NCBI GenBank assembly: GCA_018401215.1
Contig: JAGYLA010000002.1
Location: 9,880-73,879, forward strand
Source of the DNA: Bacilli bacterium
GTDB taxonomy: Bacteria > Bacillota_I > Bacilli_A > MAG-NZ
Direction: 5' to 3'
DNA length: 64,000 nucleotides
Shown here: piece by piece, positions 34,855 to 48,575 of the stretch
How positions within the stretch are numbered: the first letter of the stretch is position 1
Layout of the letters: every line of letters starts with the position of its first letter
Program-made: the position numbers and the translations under genes
The notes under the pieces: model-generated
Seen by the model: only the letters and a program-made list of their open reading frames with translations
Databases searched by the model: none
Told to the model about the DNA's origin: nothing

Positions 34855-35380
34855 AGTGATTGAAGAGGTTTTGGTCTCAGAAGAGGAAATTCAACAAGCA
34901 TGTAAACGGTTGGCAGCTCAAGTCTCACAAGACTACAAAGACAAAGAACCTTTGATGGTTGGATTGTTGAAGGGTTGTATTCCATTTATTGCTGATTTGA
35001 CAAGACAAATGGACATCAATGTCCAAATTGACTATATGGCAGTCTCTAGTTATCACGGAGGAAGTAGTCAAAGCAATGAAGTGAAAATTGAAAAAGATTT
35101 AAAAACCAGTGTCGAAGGTCGAAATGTCATCATTGCTGAAGACATTGTCGATTCTGGAGCAACATTGCAAAAAGTCATTGGTTTGTTTGAGTACCGCGGC
35201 GCCAAAAGTGTTGAGGTTGTGACTTTATTAAACAAACAAGCTGGTAGAAAAATCAGAATGATTCCCAAATATGTTGGCATCGAAATCCCAAACAAGTTTG
35301 TCGTTGGTTATGGATTAGACTGGGCCGACCATTACCGAAATTTACCCTATATAGGGGTTGTTAAGAAAGAGCTATTGTAG
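34838..35380 (+). CDS. hpt: Hypoxanthine-guanine phosphoribosyltransferase
   Basis: 180 aa. PRPP-binding VIIAEDIVDSGATL and VVGYGLDWADHYRNLPYIG. 17-nt overlap with tilS. Confidence 0.92.
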   Translation: MNKLHEVIEEVLVSEEEIQQACKRLAAQVSQDYKDKEPLMVGLLKGCIPFIADLTRQMDINVQIDYMAVSSYHGGSSQSNEVKIEKDLKTSVEGRNVIIAEDIVDSGATLQKVIGLFEYRGAKSVEVVTLLNKQAGRKIRMIPKYVGIEIPNKFVVGYGLDWADHYRNLPYIGVVKKELL

Positions 35381-35392
35381 AAGAGGTGCAAT

Positions 35393-37315
35393 ATGGCACA
35401 AATTAAGCGTCCAAAAAAACGTAATTTAAACATCGGGGATTTGATCCTCGTTTTGATCTTGATTGGTATTATTGTTGGCGTCTATACGTCCTTCATGAAT
35501 ACCGAAGCACAACCCGTCGAATTTACATACAGCGAGTTCATTGAGTCGATTGAAGCAGGTGACGTAATTCGTGTAGAAACGGTGCCTGAGGCTGGTGAGT
35601 TCAACACAGGAATTTATAATGTTTCTGGACAACTTGTCGATGAAACAAGTTTCTTCACCAAAATTCCCACCACTGAAACTTACAACAGCACCCTTCGTTT
35701 ACTACAAGCCAATGAGATTCCATTCTCCATCCGCTCCGTCAATAATGTCAACTTCTTATCGATCATTTCTTGGTTATTCCCATTGGTATTAATTTTTGGA
35801 GCATTCTTCTTCTTGATGCGAAACTCCGGAGGTTCTGGTGCTGGAAACCGCGCCTTTGACTTTGGGAAATCAAAAGCAACGATGCAAAAAGGGAAAACAA
35901 CATCGTTCAAAGATGTCGCTGGACTCGATGAAGAAAAAGGGGAGTTAGAAGAGATTATCGACTTCCTTAAAAACCCGAAAAAATATCTTGATATCGGTGC
36001 CCGTATTCCCAAAGGTGTGTTATTGATTGGACCTCCAGGAACCGGAAAAACATTGCTTGCCCGTGCTGTAGCAGGGGAAGCGGATGTACCATTTTATTTG
36101 ATCTCTGGTTCAGACTTTGTTGAAATGTTTGTTGGGGTTGGGGCAAGTCGTGTCCGTGACATGTTTAAAAACGCCAAAGCAACGGCACCATGTATTGTAT
36201 TTATCGATGAAATTGATGCGGTAGGTCGTCAACGCGGTGCAGGAATGGGCGGCGGTAACGATGAACGCGAGCAAACATTAAACCAATTACTCGTTGAAAT
36301 GGATGGCTTTGGTACAAACAGTGGAATCATTGTCATTGCTGCAACAAACCGTCCTGACGTTTTGGACCCTGCATTAACTCGTCCTGGTCGCTTTGACCGA
36401 CAAATTACAATTAACAATCCTGATGTCTTAGGCCGTGAAGCAATCTTAAAAGTTCACGCAAGAAACAAAAAAGTATCCAAAGATGTCACATTAAAAGAAA
36501 TCGCTCGCCGAACTCCAGGGTTTAGTGGAGCAGACTTAGAAAACTTAATGAACGAAGCTGCACTGCTAGCAGCAAGAGATAATCGTAAGAATCTTGCGTT
36601 AAACGATATCGACGAAGCCGTCGACCGAGTGATGATGGGTCCGGCGAAGAAATCTCGCAAGTACACTGCAAAAGAACGAGAACGAGTGGCTTATCACGAA
36701 GCGGGTCATGCGGTCATTGGACTACGTATGAGTCATGCTAGTGTCGTTCATAAAGTAACGATTGTTCCACGCGGACAAGCGGGTGGCTACAACTTAATGC
36801 TTCCCGATGAAGAAACCTTCCTGGAAACAAAATCATCCTTAGAAGACAAAATTTCAGGCTTCATGGGTGGTCGTGTTGCGGAAGAAATTATATACAATGA
36901 TGTGTCAACTGGTGCCCACAATGACTTCCAACGAGCAACACAAATTGCTCGTGCAATGGTTACTGAGTATGGAATGAGTAGTCTAGGCCCCGTGCAATAT
37001 GAACGCTCAAATGGTCCAGTATTCTTAGGACGAGATTACACGAAATCAAGAGATTTTTCCGACAAGGTCGCTTTTGATATTGACAATGCGGTTCGTGAAA
37101 TCATTGATGCAGCGTATCAACGAAGCAAAGATATGATCAACGAGCATCGTACCTTGCTTGATACCATTACGCATTATTTACTAGAAATCGAAACGCTTAC
37201 GTTTGAAGACATTGAAGAAATCGATAAAACCGGAAAACTTCAGTGGTGGGATGACAAGCGCGCAGAGGAAGTTACAGAACCAGTGATTGGAGATACCAAA
37301 GAGAACGCTGCCTAG
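35393..37315 (+). CDS. ftsH: ATP-dependent zinc metalloprotease FtsH
   Basis: 640 aa. [18 protein letters not shown], the second region of homology (SRH), and the HEAGHA zinc site. Confidence 0.95.
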   Translation: MAQIKRPKKRNLNIGDLILVLILIGIIVGVYTSFMNTEAQPVEFTYSEFIESIEAGDVIRVETVPEAGEFNTGIYNVSGQLVDETSFFTKIPTTETYNSTLRLLQANEIPFSIRSVNNVNFLSIISWLFPLVLIFGAFFFLMRNSGGSGAGNRAFDFGKSKATMQKGKTTSFKDVAGLDEEKGELEEIIDFLKNPKKYLDIGARIPKGVLLIGPPGTGKTLLARAVAGEADVPFYLISGSDFVEMFVGVGASRVRDMFKNAKATAPCIVFIDEIDAVGRQRGAGMGGGNDEREQTLNQLLVEMDGFGTNSGIIVIAATNRPDVLDPALTRPGRFDRQITINNPDVLGREAILKVHARNKKVSKDVTLKEIARRTPGFSGADLENLMNEAALLAARDNRKNLALNDIDEAVDRVMMGPAKKSRKYTAKERERVAYHEAGHAVIGLRMSHASVVHKVTIVPRGQAGGYNLMLPDEETFLETKSSLEDKISGFMGGRVAEEIIYNDVSTGAHNDFQRATQIARAMVTEYGMSSLGPVQYERSNGPVFLGRDYTKSRDFSDKVAFDIDNAVREIIDAAYQRSKDMINEHRTLLDTITHYLLEIETLTFEDIEEIDKTGKLQWWDDKRAEEVTEPVIGDTKENAA

Positions 37316-37332
37316 CGCTCTCTTTTTTCCTT

Positions 37333-37587
37333 ATGAGAATTGATAAATATTTGAAAGTATCCAGAATTATCAAACGGCGAACAGTGGCTAAAGAACTGCT
37401 TGATTCCGGAAACGTAACCCTCAATCAACAACGTGCTAAAGCTTCTGCTGTGGTTGAAATAGGTGACACAATTTCCATCAAATATGGCGCTAAAATGATT
37501 ACTCTTCAAGTAACAAACATTCAAGAAATTGTCCGTAAAGAAGAGGCATCTTCGATGTATCAGTTACTCCAAGAGACTATGATATAA
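37333..37587 (+). CDS. rqcP: S4-domain RNA-binding protein, Hsp15/YabO (RqcP)-like
   Basis: 84 aa. MRIDKYLKVSRIIKRRTVAKEL closely parallels B. subtilis YabO. No obvious SD, and a weak hairpin plus T-run lies just upstream. Confidence 0.7.
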   Translation: MRIDKYLKVSRIIKRRTVAKELLDSGNVTLNQQRAKASAVVEIGDTISIKYGAKMITLQVTNIQEIVRKEEASSMYQLLQETMI

Positions 37588-37609
37588 TGGCTTTGGTTAA
37601 AGGAGAATC

Positions 37610-39085
37610 ATGAAACGTTCAGAACAAGAACTCGTCCGTATTGAGAAAGCAAATGAATTAACAAACAAAGGGATTGATCCATTTGGACAAGCCTTTTCAA
37701 TCACGCATTTCTCAACCCAACTTAAAGATGCGTTTGATCAATATACCAAACAAGAACTTGAAGAGCTTACCCAAGAGCCCGTTCGTGTCGCAGGGAGATT
37801 GCGTACAATACGTGGAAAAGGGAAAGCAGGCTTTGCTCACTTGCAAGACCGTGATGGTCAAATTCAATTGTATGTCCGACAAGATGAGATCGGTGAGGCA
37901 GCCTTTGACGTATGGGACGCAGCTGACTTGGGAGACATTGTCGGTGTAACTGGCATCATGATGAAAACCAACATGGGCGAATTAACAATCCATGTCAAAG
38001 AGTATACTCACCTTACCAAAGCGATTCGACCACTACCAGAAAAGTTTCATGGGCTAGTTGATATCGAAGAACGATATCGTCGACGATATGTTGATTTGGT
38101 AATGAACGATGACGTGCGAGACACGTTCAAAAAGCGTAGTCAAATCATTCAATCCATTCGCACTTATTTAACAAATCTTGACTATTTAGAGGTCGATACA
38201 CCCGTCTTGCATCCTGTGTTAGGAGGCGCATCAGCGCGTCCATTTACGACTCACCACAACCAACTTGATATGCCGTTTTATTTACGAATAGCGGTAGAAC
38301 TTTATTTGAAGCGATTGATTGTTGGCGGATTGCACGGTGTGTTTGAAATTGCGCGAACATTCCGTAACGAAGGTGTTAGCTACAAACACAATCCTGAATT
38401 CACCATGCTTGAATTGTATTTAGCATATTCTGATTTAACAGGGATGATGGAGCTGACCGAAGCGCTATTGAAATCAGTCACTCAAGAGGTTCTTGGAACA
38501 CTAGAATTTGATTACCAAGGACAAACAATCCGCTTCGCAGGACCATGGGCAAGTGTCCATATGGTTGATGCGATACGGGCAAAAACGGGCATCAACTTCT
38601 TTGACACCATCAGTTTAGACCAAGCAAAAGCTCTGGCTGAAAAACATGAAATACCACTGCAGCCACACTACCAAGTGGGTCATATCATCAATGAATTCTT
38701 TGAGACGTTTGTCGAAGAAACCTTGATTCAACCAACATTTATTTATGGTCATCCTGTCGAGATTTCTCCCTTAGCAAAGAAAAGTTCAGATCCTCGATTC
38801 ACTGAACGATTTGAATTATTTATCGGAACAAGGGAGTACGCTAATGCATTCAGCGAATTGAACGATCCTATCGAACAACGAGCTCGCTTTGAATCGCAGC
38901 TTCAAGAAAAAGAACTTGGCAATGCTGAAGCAACCGAACTAGATATTGATTACATTGAAGCACTTGAATATGGCATGCCACCAACTGGTGGGTTGGGGAT
39001 TGGGATTGACCGGTTTGTTATGCTGCTTACCAACCAAGCAAGCATTCGAGACATCTTGTTATTTCCACACATGAAGAAACGATAA
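37610..39085 (+). CDS. lysS: Lysyl-tRNA synthetase, class II
   Basis: 491 aa. OB-fold N-terminal domain and class II motifs ([19 protein letters not shown]). AAAGGAG SD. Confidence 0.95.
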   Translation: MKRSEQELVRIEKANELTNKGIDPFGQAFSITHFSTQLKDAFDQYTKQELEELTQEPVRVAGRLRTIRGKGKAGFAHLQDRDGQIQLYVRQDEIGEAAFDVWDAADLGDIVGVTGIMMKTNMGELTIHVKEYTHLTKAIRPLPEKFHGLVDIEERYRRRYVDLVMNDDVRDTFKKRSQIIQSIRTYLTNLDYLEVDTPVLHPVLGGASARPFTTHHNQLDMPFYLRIAVELYLKRLIVGGLHGVFEIARTFRNEGVSYKHNPEFTMLELYLAYSDLTGMMELTEALLKSVTQEVLGTLEFDYQGQTIRFAGPWASVHMVDAIRAKTGINFFDTISLDQAKALAEKHEIPLQPHYQVGHIINEFFETFVEETLIQPTFIYGHPVEISPLAKKSSDPRFTERFELFIGTREYANAFSELNDPIEQRARFESQLQEKELGNAEATELDIDYIEALEYGMPPTGGLGIGIDRFVMLLTNQASIRDILLFPHMKKR

Positions 39086-39113
39086 AAAAGCTGACCAATG
39101 GGTCAGCTTTTAT
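39085..39113. terminator. Bidirectional terminator between lysS and the pyrG-fba-orf165 operon
   Basis: AGCTGACC-AATG-GGTCAGCT flanked by an A-run and a T-run. Confidence 0.65.
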
Positions 39114-39603
39114 TCATCATCACTAATGTCCATGTAACTTTCAAACATCGACGGAATACTTACATAAGGTTCTTTCGCTTCCAAATACAACGATTCAATT
39201 TGGCTATAAATATAATCAGACAACGGCTTTTGATGAAGCAGCAATCCTTGAAGCAATAACAAGTATTGTTCACATGCTTCTTTGATGTCATCATCCAACA
39301 CAGCATCCATATAAAAGTCTGATAAATCCATCATATAGTTATACAATACTGATTGTTGTTCGATGGCATCCAAAGACACTTCAAGCATTAATTGCTCTAA
39401 GGTAAATATTTGTTCATTCAAATACTGAAAGCCCCACTGAAACACTTCCAAATCTTCATCAGTGATTTCTTCAAATGTTTGAATCAACCCCAAAACAGTT
39501 AATACACTCTCAAGCCGCAAGTAAATAAGTGAGTCATGTTCTTGAAGATAACTGATAATGGTCAGTTTTTCTTCCATCCAATGTTGGAAGTCTTGCAAGA
39601 TTG

Positions 39604-39607
<4 letters not shown>
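39110..39607 (-). CDS. Hypothetical acidic cytoplasmic protein
   Basis: 165 aa, rich in E/D/L/Y, no TM helix. ATGA-type overlap with the fba stop. No family recognised. Confidence 0.5.
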
Positions 39608-42119
<2,512 letters not shown>

Positions 42120-42166
42120 AGATAGGCTCTATTGTAGTATATCAAACACAACACTAATTGGTAGGA

Positions 42167-42781
42167 CTATTTCTTATCTTCTTCGTCATAGAGTTCTTCA
42201 TAGTCATCCATGACTTCTTCGTAATCGTCTTCTTCGTCAATATCAATGTCTTCTTCTTCAACGTCTTCGATCTCTAACCCAGTAATTTCTGAATCATCAA
42301 CTTCTTCATCATCGTCATCATCGAGTGCTAGTTCGTCATCATCCAACATGATATCATCGTCCAAGTCGTCATCATCATCGTCATCAAACAGTAACTCATT
42401 GTCTTCAGTTTCATCCAATTCATCGATGTCCAAATCAATGCTATCTTTCAACGCTTTGTCACGGCGAAGTTGCGCACGTTTCTCAGAGCGTTCGGCTTTT
42501 CGAGCTTTCAGTTCTTCTGGATCAATAAAAAACGAAGCGTCTTTATCCCACATATCTGTCGGTTGACGTTCTTTTAAATCCCAATTGTTATCACCGGTGT
42601 ACACAAAGAACGCACTCAATGATAAATCACTATAAAAACGAGCAATGTTATGCTCTTTTTGAGAATCATTGAAGCCCAATTCTTCAACAACTTCTTCATA
42701 AATTTTTATGAATGGTTGCGGAGAACGTTTGCGTTTCATCACGCCAATGGCAGTTTCTAACATGGATCGATGAATGGTCAT
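42167..42781 (-). CDS. rpoE: RNA polymerase delta subunit
   Basis: 204 aa. N-terminal HARE-HTH-like domain (FYSDLSLSAFFVYTGDNNWDLKE) and a long poly-Asp/Glu tail. rpoE-pyrG adjacency as in Bacillus. Confidence 0.85.
   Translation of the reverse strand: MTIHRSMLETAIGVMKRKRSPQPFIKIYEEVVEELGFNDSQKEHNIARFYSDLSLSAFFVYTGDNNWDLKERQPTDMWDKDASFFIDPEELKARKAERSEKRAQLRRDKALKDSIDLDIDELDETEDNELLFDDDDDDDLDDDIMLDDDELALDDDDDEEVDDSEITGLEIEDVEEEDIDIDEEDDYEEVMDDYEELYDEEDKK
42180..42420 (-). repeat. Low-complexity GAT/GAA (Asp/Glu) coding tract in the rpoE tail
   Basis: Runs of DDDDDD/EEE codons. This tract generates the spurious Ser-rich antisense ORF 42246..42566. Confidence 0.8.
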
Positions 42782-42805
42782 TCCTATCTCCTTCGTGCAC
42801 TATTG

Positions 42806-42814
42806 ATTGTATCA
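42806..42814 (-). promoter_or_regulatory. Candidate extended -10 promoter for rpoE
   Basis: Minus sense reads TGATACAAT, about 25 nt upstream of the rpoE ATG, followed by a GAAGGAG SD. Confidence 0.4.
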
Positions 42815-42844
42815 AAGAAAGTGACTAAATCAAGCCAAAAGAGC

Positions 42845-44188
42845 TCAATTTATTTTTGGCGGACTTGGAAAAATGATTGTTACCGTCGTCCCTTGTCCAA
42901 CTTCACTTTCTAAGAACATCTGACAGCGGTTATTTTCAACGATGTGTTTGACGATGGATAATCCAAGTCCCGTTCCCCCAGTTGCTCGAGAACGGTCTTT
43001 ATCCACACGATAAAATCGTTCAAAGATTCGCCCTTGTTCAGCGTCAGGAATACCAATTCCAGTATCAATGACTTGCAACACCGTACGGTTATTTTCTTCA
43101 AAGACACGAATATCAATTGTCCCCATGTCGGTATATTTAATCGCGTTGGTTGTGAGATTCAAGATAATTTGACGCAACTGGAAGTTATCAAAATGCACAT
43201 ACAACTCTTCATCAACCACCACTTGAAATGCAACTTCGGGGTGCAGTTGGTGTTGTAAAATCGCCACAACATCCTCAACCACCGGTTTGACCTCAATCAA
43301 TTCAGCTTTGCTAATTTGACCGGTTGCTTCAAGTTCCGATAACATCAAAATATCGCTGATTAAATTATTCAACCGTTCTGCTTCACGTTCAATAATGTTT
43401 AAAAAATCTTTATATTTTTCATCACTTGGATCCATCGTTTGCAGCGTTTCAGCAAACCCACGAATCGACGTTAATGGGGTCTTTAATTCATGGGTAACGT
43501 TCGAAACAAAGGTTTGTTTCATTGAATCAAGATTGACAACCTTAGTAACATTTTCGATGCTCACAATTTTCCCAATCGTCTCCCCAAGCGACATAATAAC
43601 AATACCTCGGTAATTGTAAATCAACCCATTGGTCTGTTCGATATACTTTTTTTCAACAAACGGTTCTTGATCCAGTAAATCAATCACTTCCAAAATCGTT
43701 CGATCATACACATTTGCGCTAAGATGCAGTTCCTTTAAGTCTTTACGCAGATGATACATCTCATTAAATCGCGGATTGGAAAAAATGATTTTTCCTTCCA
43801 AATCAATCGCAACAAGACCATTACGTAACGAGTTCAATATCGCTTCAAGTTGACCTTTGCGGCTAGCATACTTTTTGTTAATGGTCTCAATATAATTCCC
43901 CAGTAGCTTCATGTCACTGACATACAATTCGTCAGAAAAGTTTTCGGGATATTTTTCATTCTTAATAATGGCTTCGGTCATGTCGCGAAGTCCTTTTTCA
44001 TAGGTCTCAAGCTGACGTTCATCTTTCGTCCGAAAGTAGAAAAAAGCAGCGCTCAAAATGCTGACGCTGCCAAGCAAAACAAAAGCAATCACAACTTCGC
44101 TGTTTGGTCCAATTAGAATAACGACAGAAACAAGGAGTACTGTCAGGATACTAAGGATGCTATATCGTAGAAGCGAGGTTGTTTTCAT
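42845..44188 (-). CDS. phoR: PhoR-type sensor histidine kinase
   Basis: 447 aa. Two N-terminal TM helices, a PAS-like segment, the H-box SNVTHELKTPLTSIRGF, and N/G boxes. Last gene of the pst-phoU operon. Confidence 0.75.
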   Translation of the reverse strand: MKTTSLLRYSILSILTVLLVSVVILIGPNSEVVIAFVLLGSVSILSAAFFYFRTKDERQLETYEKGLRDMTEAIIKNEKYPENFSDELYVSDMKLLGNYIETINKKYASRKGQLEAILNSLRNGLVAIDLEGKIIFSNPRFNEMYHLRKDLKELHLSANVYDRTILEVIDLLDQEPFVEKKYIEQTNGLIYNYRGIVIMSLGETIGKIVSIENVTKVVNLDSMKQTFVSNVTHELKTPLTSIRGFAETLQTMDPSDEKYKDFLNIIEREAERLNNLISDILMLSELEATGQISKAELIEVKPVVEDVVAILQHQLHPEVAFQVVVDEELYVHFDNFQLRQIILNLTTNAIKYTDMGTIDIRVFEENNRTVLQVIDTGIGIPDAEQGRIFERFYRVDKDRSRATGGTGLGLSIVKHIVENNRCQMFLESEVGQGTTVTIIFPSPPKIN

Positions 44189-44877
44189 TAATGCTCCTGA
44201 ATAAACTTATAACCTTCTCCTATAATTGTAACCAAATATTTTGGATTTTTAGGGTTTGGTTCAATTTTTTTTCTAACATTCAATACATGAACGTCAACCG
44301 TTCGACTTTCCCCTAAATAATCGTAGCCCCACACATCATTCAATAATTGTTCGCGGCGAATGACACGGTTAGGGTTTTGAATCATAAACAACAATAAGCG
44401 AAATTCTTTGGTTGTAAATCGAACTGGTTTGCCACTTACAAGTACTTCAAATCGGTCTTCATTGATTTCAAAATCAGCAAATTTATACGCTGCTCCGCCC
44501 GACGAGGACGTCGAACTACGACGCAAAATCGACTTCACTCGCGCAATCATCTCATGGACGCGAAATGGTTTTGTAATGTAATCATCCGCCCCAAAGTTCA
44601 ACGCTTGAACGACATCACCTTCTTCTGATTTTGCAGTAAGCATCAAAACTGGAGTTGTATTCAAGTCTTTGTGTTCACGAATGGACTTTAAGACTTCAAT
44701 GCCACTAACCAAAGGTAACATCTGATCTAAAATGACCAAGTCGTAAGACCCCTCTTTGATTTTTTGCATTGCAGTTCGTCCATCAAACGCAGTATCGGTG
44801 GTAAATCCGTTGAGCTTTAAATTATAGTCAACCAACTCAACAACATTGGGTTCATCATCGACAATTAAGATTTTCAC
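44188..44877 (-). CDS. phoP: OmpR/PhoB-family response regulator
   Basis: 229 aa. Receiver domain (KILIVDDE, DLVILDQMLP) and a winged-helix C-terminus (TVDVHVLNVRKKIE). Overlaps phoU and the kinase gene. Confidence 0.8.
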   Translation of the reverse strand: MKILIVDDEPNVVELVDYNLKLNGFTTDTAFDGRTAMQKIKEGSYDLVILDQMLPLVSGIEVLKSIREHKDLNTTPVLMLTAKSEEGDVVQALNFGADDYITKPFRVHEMIARVKSILRRSSTSSSGGAAYKFADFEINEDRFEVLVSGKPVRFTTKEFRLLLFMIQNPNRVIRREQLLNDVWGYDYLGESRTVDVHVLNVRKKIEPNPKNPKYLVTIIGEGYKFIQEH

Positions 44878-45527
44878 GCTTTATATTCTCCACTTACGGT
44901 AAAGATAATCCACTCCGAAATATTTTGAGCATGATCGGCTAACTTTTCCATGTATTTCGCAATCGTTAATTGCGATACCAATGAATTCACTTGCATGGTA
45001 TCGGTTTGCACTTTCAGTGCTAATACAATCTTATCCTTTAATCGGTAATATGCTTGATCAATCGTATCATCGTATTCGATGACATCGTACGCACCTTTTA
45101 AATCTTCGTTCACAAAACTACGAACAGAATCCCCCACCATCTTACGAACGTCTTCGGCAAGCGCAACAATTTCTTCGTCGATTTCACTGTATGCAAATTC
45201 CTTGAGTGTAATAATTGCCTTACAAACATCCGCAGTGATGTCACCGATGCGTTCCAAGTCAGTTAAGATTTTATGCACGGAAGCAACCGTGCGCAAATCT
45301 TTGGCGACCGGTTGATTACGCGCGATAAACAAAATACAGTCATGGTCAATTTTGATTTCCATCGCGTTGATTTGTTCATCACGGTCCATGACCCGTTCTG
45401 CTAATTTCAAATCACGTTTCTTTAACGCCATAATCATGTCGACAATTGCCTCATCGACCAGCGTCATCATTCGACCAAGCGATTGATAAATGCCTGATAA
45501 ATCTGCATCAATTTTTATGTTTGCCAT
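44874..45527 (-). CDS. phoU: Phosphate signalling modulator PhoU
   Basis: 217 aa with two PhoU repeats (DLERIGD and EKLADHA motifs). Lies downstream of pstB. Confidence 0.9.
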   Translation of the reverse strand: MANIKIDADLSGIYQSLGRMMTLVDEAIVDMIMALKKRDLKLAERVMDRDEQINAMEIKIDHDCILFIARNQPVAKDLRTVASVHKILTDLERIGDITADVCKAIITLKEFAYSEIDEEIVALAEDVRKMVGDSVRSFVNEDLKGAYDVIEYDDTIDQAYYRLKDKIVLALKVQTDTMQVNSLVSQLTIAKYMEKLADHAQNISEWIIFTVSGEYKA

Positions 45528-45536
45528 ATGTCTCTC

Positions 45537-46292
45537 CTACCCGAAGCGTCCTGTGATGTATTCTTCGGTCTTGGGATTTTGAGGTGTTGCGAATAACTTA
45601 TCTGTGGCACCAAATTCAATTAGTTCTCCTAACATGAAGAAGGCAGTATTATCTGAAATACGAGCCGCTTGCTGCATGTTGTGGGTGACAATGACAATCG
45701 TATACAACTCTTTCAATTCAACAATCAAGTCTTCAATCTTTTGCGTCGCGATGGGGTCAAGGGCTGACGTGGGTTCATCCATCAAGATGACTTCAGGTTC
45801 CATCGCGATGGTTCGTGCAATACATAAACGTTGTTGCTGTCCTCCTGAAAGTCCCATCGCAGATTCTTTCATCCGGTCTTTGACTTCGTCCCATAACGCA
45901 GAACGACGTAAGGACTGTTCAACAATCTCATCCAATTGTGCTTTATTTTTCACGCCTTGGCAACGAGGACCGTAGGCGATGTTGTCATAAATGCTCATCG
46001 GAAACGGATTGGGTTTTTGAAACACCATTCCAACTTTGGTACGAAGTTCAATTACATCATAATCTTTTGCGTACGCATTTTGACCTTCAAACTCGATATT
46101 CCCATCAATTTTGCATTCAGGAATTAAATCATTCATGCGATTTAAGATGCGAATAAACGTACTTTTCCCACATCCTGATGGCCCAATAAATGCTGTGACC
46201 TTATTTCGTTCAATCGTCATATCAATGCCTTTGATGGCTTGCGTTTGACCATAATACAAGTTGATATTTTTTAATTCAAAAATTGCATCCAT
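45537..46292 (-). CDS. pstB: Phosphate ABC transporter ATP-binding protein
   Basis: 251 aa. [22 protein letters not shown] and the [12 protein letters not shown] motif. Confidence 0.95.
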   Translation of the reverse strand: MDAIFELKNINLYYGQTQAIKGIDMTIERNKVTAFIGPSGCGKSTFIRILNRMNDLIPECKIDGNIEFEGQNAYAKDYDVIELRTKVGMVFQKPNPFPMSIYDNIAYGPRCQGVKNKAQLDEIVEQSLRRSALWDEVKDRMKESAMGLSGGQQQRLCIARTIAMEPEVILMDEPTSALDPIATQKIEDLIVELKELYTIVIVTHNMQQAARISDNTAFFMLGELIEFGATDKLFATPQNPKTEEYITGRFG

Positions 46293-46301
46293 ATACTCCT
46301 C

Positions 46302-47516
46302 CTAATACATCGCTTTCGATAATCGTTTGGCTAACAGTTTAATCACAAAGTTCATAACAAATACAACACCCAAGATAATAATCGCGATCGCACTCGCTAA
46401 CTCAAAGTTCGGTTTTTCCCCTTGCATGACAGTCCATATATGCACCGCGAGTGAGGTCGATCGTTCGGTCAAAATGATTTCATCCTTGATGGCCGCCCCT
46501 GTTGCGTAAATCAATGCGGCAGACTCACCAATGATTCGACCAACGCCAAGCAGTACTCCCGTTAAAATACCCGGTACGGCGCTAGGAACGACAACCTTAA
46601 AAATGGTTTGCGTTTTAGATGCACCAAGCGCTAAGGATCCTTGACGCAAATCATTTGAAATGACTTTCAATGCTTCTTCGGTGCTCTTAATGATTGTTGG
46701 TAATAAAATAACCGCCAGTGTCAATGCGCCAGAGATGACCGAACCCCCTGCTGTTTGTATTGTGTTATTTAGTAGTGGGATAAACAACGCAGCCCCAAGC
46801 AATCCATAAATAATCGATGGGACCCCGGTCAATAAATCGACCATCGTTCGAATCGTATTCGTAAAACGATTTCGTTTTGCGATTTCATTAAAGTATATGG
46901 CTGTTGATACCCCAATTGGAATCGCAATGAGCAATGTCATTCCAATTAAGTATAACGTCGTAATCAATGAACCTCGAATTCCGTCACCGCGTGATTGGAT
47001 TGAAATTTCATCAATCACATTCGCTTGATTCACAATGGTCGCAATTTGTTCAGCGCCATTACGACCCAAGAAGATTGCTGTATCGGTAAATCCTTTTTCA
47101 ATAGTAAATCCAGGTCGAACTTCAATCACTAAATGATTGCCAAATTCGTCAAATCCATTCTTATCCAAGCTTTGATTGAATGGCGAATCGGGATGGACAT
47201 AGCCGATTTCTACGGCTTCATTTCCTGCACGGTTGAAGGTGTCCACAAATCCTAACCCCCAACGCTCTGAATAAAATAATTCCAACTCACCGGTATACCC
47301 TTCTAGCGGATAATTTCCTGGAGCCGTTTCCACATACACATCCGTATTGAATGTTCGAGAATCTCCCATGATCAAATCCAAGCTAACTAGTCCGATTCCG
47401 TTGGACACCACGTACCAAATGATTGTCGCAAGAACCAGTGCACCTATTGAACCCAATGTATAGATCACACCACGAACAAAGTTGTCTTGGCGTTGTCTAA
47501 GCGCTTTATTGTTCAT
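46302..47516 (-). CDS. pstA: Phosphate ABC transporter permease PstA, with a long loop insert
   Basis: Permease EAA-type region (ALGASKTQTIFKVVVP). An extracytoplasmic insert of about 130 aa follows TM1. The ATG at 47516 has a GGTGG SD, whereas the track start at 47528 is a TTG. Confidence 0.88.
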   Translation of the reverse strand: MNNKALRQRQDNFVRGVIYTLGSIGALVLATIIWYVVSNGIGLVSLDLIMGDSRTFNTDVYVETAPGNYPLEGYTGELELFYSERWGLGFVDTFNRAGNEAVEIGYVHPDSPFNQSLDKNGFDEFGNHLVIEVRPGFTIEKGFTDTAIFLGRNGAEQIATIVNQANVIDEISIQSRGDGIRGSLITTLYLIGMTLLIAIPIGVSTAIYFNEIAKRNRFTNTIRTMVDLLTGVPSIIYGLLGAALFIPLLNNTIQTAGGSVISGALTLAVILLPTIIKSTEEALKVISNDLRQGSLALGASKTQTIFKVVVPSAVPGILTGVLLGVGRIIGESAALIYATGAAIKDEIILTERSTSLAVHIWTVMQGEKPNFELASAIAIIILGVVFVMNFVIKLLAKRLSKAMY

Positions 47517-48492
47517 GAATACCACCAAGACGTTTCATTACAAAGTTTAAACTTAAATTGGTAATCACGATTACGGCCATCAAGACAAGTCCAATTGAGA
47601 ATCGAATATCATAATCAATTCCTGTTGTATCCTTGATTCCAAGTAGCATACGAGACGTTAACGTAGCAGTCGTCCCTAACGGGTTTAATTGAATACCAGC
47701 AAATAGATTTCCTGACACCAGAGCAACCGCAGTCGCTTCACCAAGGGCTCGTCCAACGCCCAAAATGATTCCTGCAAAAATACCACTTTTGGCTGCCGTC
47801 AAAACGACTTTCATATAAGTTTGAATGTCTGATGCACCAAGGGCTAATGACCCATCAATAATTGTTTTATCGACTGAACGAATCGAAGTTTCAGAAACAG
47901 CAGTAATCGTTGGCAGAATCATAATCGACAAGACAATGACTGTTGACAACAACGATAATCCTGCGGCCGTTTGATAATCGAAGAATCCTGCAACGAACAC
48001 AACGAATTGGGTAATGATTCCTAAGCCAAATACCCCATAAATAATCGAAGGAATGCTGGCAAGCAATTCAACTACCGTTCGCATTACATTAGCAAGACGT
48101 TTTGGTGCAACTTTTGCAATAAACAACGCGGTAAACACGCTCACAGGCACACTTAGCATAATGGCTAGAAATACGACAATCAATGTATTGATAATCGCAA
48201 ATCCAATCCCATAATCACTAGACAATCCAAGTGTGCCACCTAACCACTGGCTACCTGTTAAAAACGAAATTGGATTCACTGGATCTAAATCAACAGTTCC
48301 TTGTTGGAAATTATAGCCCTCGTAATTCAATAAAAATGGGCTGAGCCCTTTGAAGGCAATAAATACAATGATTAACACAATAAACGAAGCCGATAAAATC
48401 GCACTTGCCATAAAGATGGCTTGCGTGACTCCATCAATCGTGTTTTTGCGTTTAATGTTTTCTTTGGTGACCACATCGCGAATCGATATCAT
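47506..48492 (-). CDS. pstC: Phosphate ABC transporter permease PstC
   Basis: 328 aa. Six TM helices and the conserved LALGASDIQTYMKVVL loop. Confidence 0.9.
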   Translation of the reverse strand: MISIRDVVTKENIKRKNTIDGVTQAIFMASAILSASFIVLIIVFIAFKGLSPFLLNYEGYNFQQGTVDLDPVNPISFLTGSQWLGGTLGLSSDYGIGFAIINTLIVVFLAIMLSVPVSVFTALFIAKVAPKRLANVMRTVVELLASIPSIIYGVFGLGIITQFVVFVAGFFDYQTAAGLSLLSTVIVLSIMILPTITAVSETSIRSVDKTIIDGSLALGASDIQTYMKVVLTAAKSGIFAGIILGVGRALGEATAVALVSGNLFAGIQLNPLGTTATLTSRMLLGIKDTTGIDYDIRFSIGLVLMAVIVITNLSLNFVMKRLGGIHEQ

Positions 48493-48575
48493 AATTTCTC
48501 CTAAAATTTACACCGTTAGTTCCAATGGAAAACACTACTTCAATAGTAGTGTTTTCAGAAAGGGTTCTTTAATTA

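Noticed and set aside
42246-42566. A 106-aa Ser-rich plus-strand ORF
   Set aside because: It is the antisense reading of the GAT/GAA (Asp/Glu) repeats in the rpoE acidic tail, so it is an artefact.
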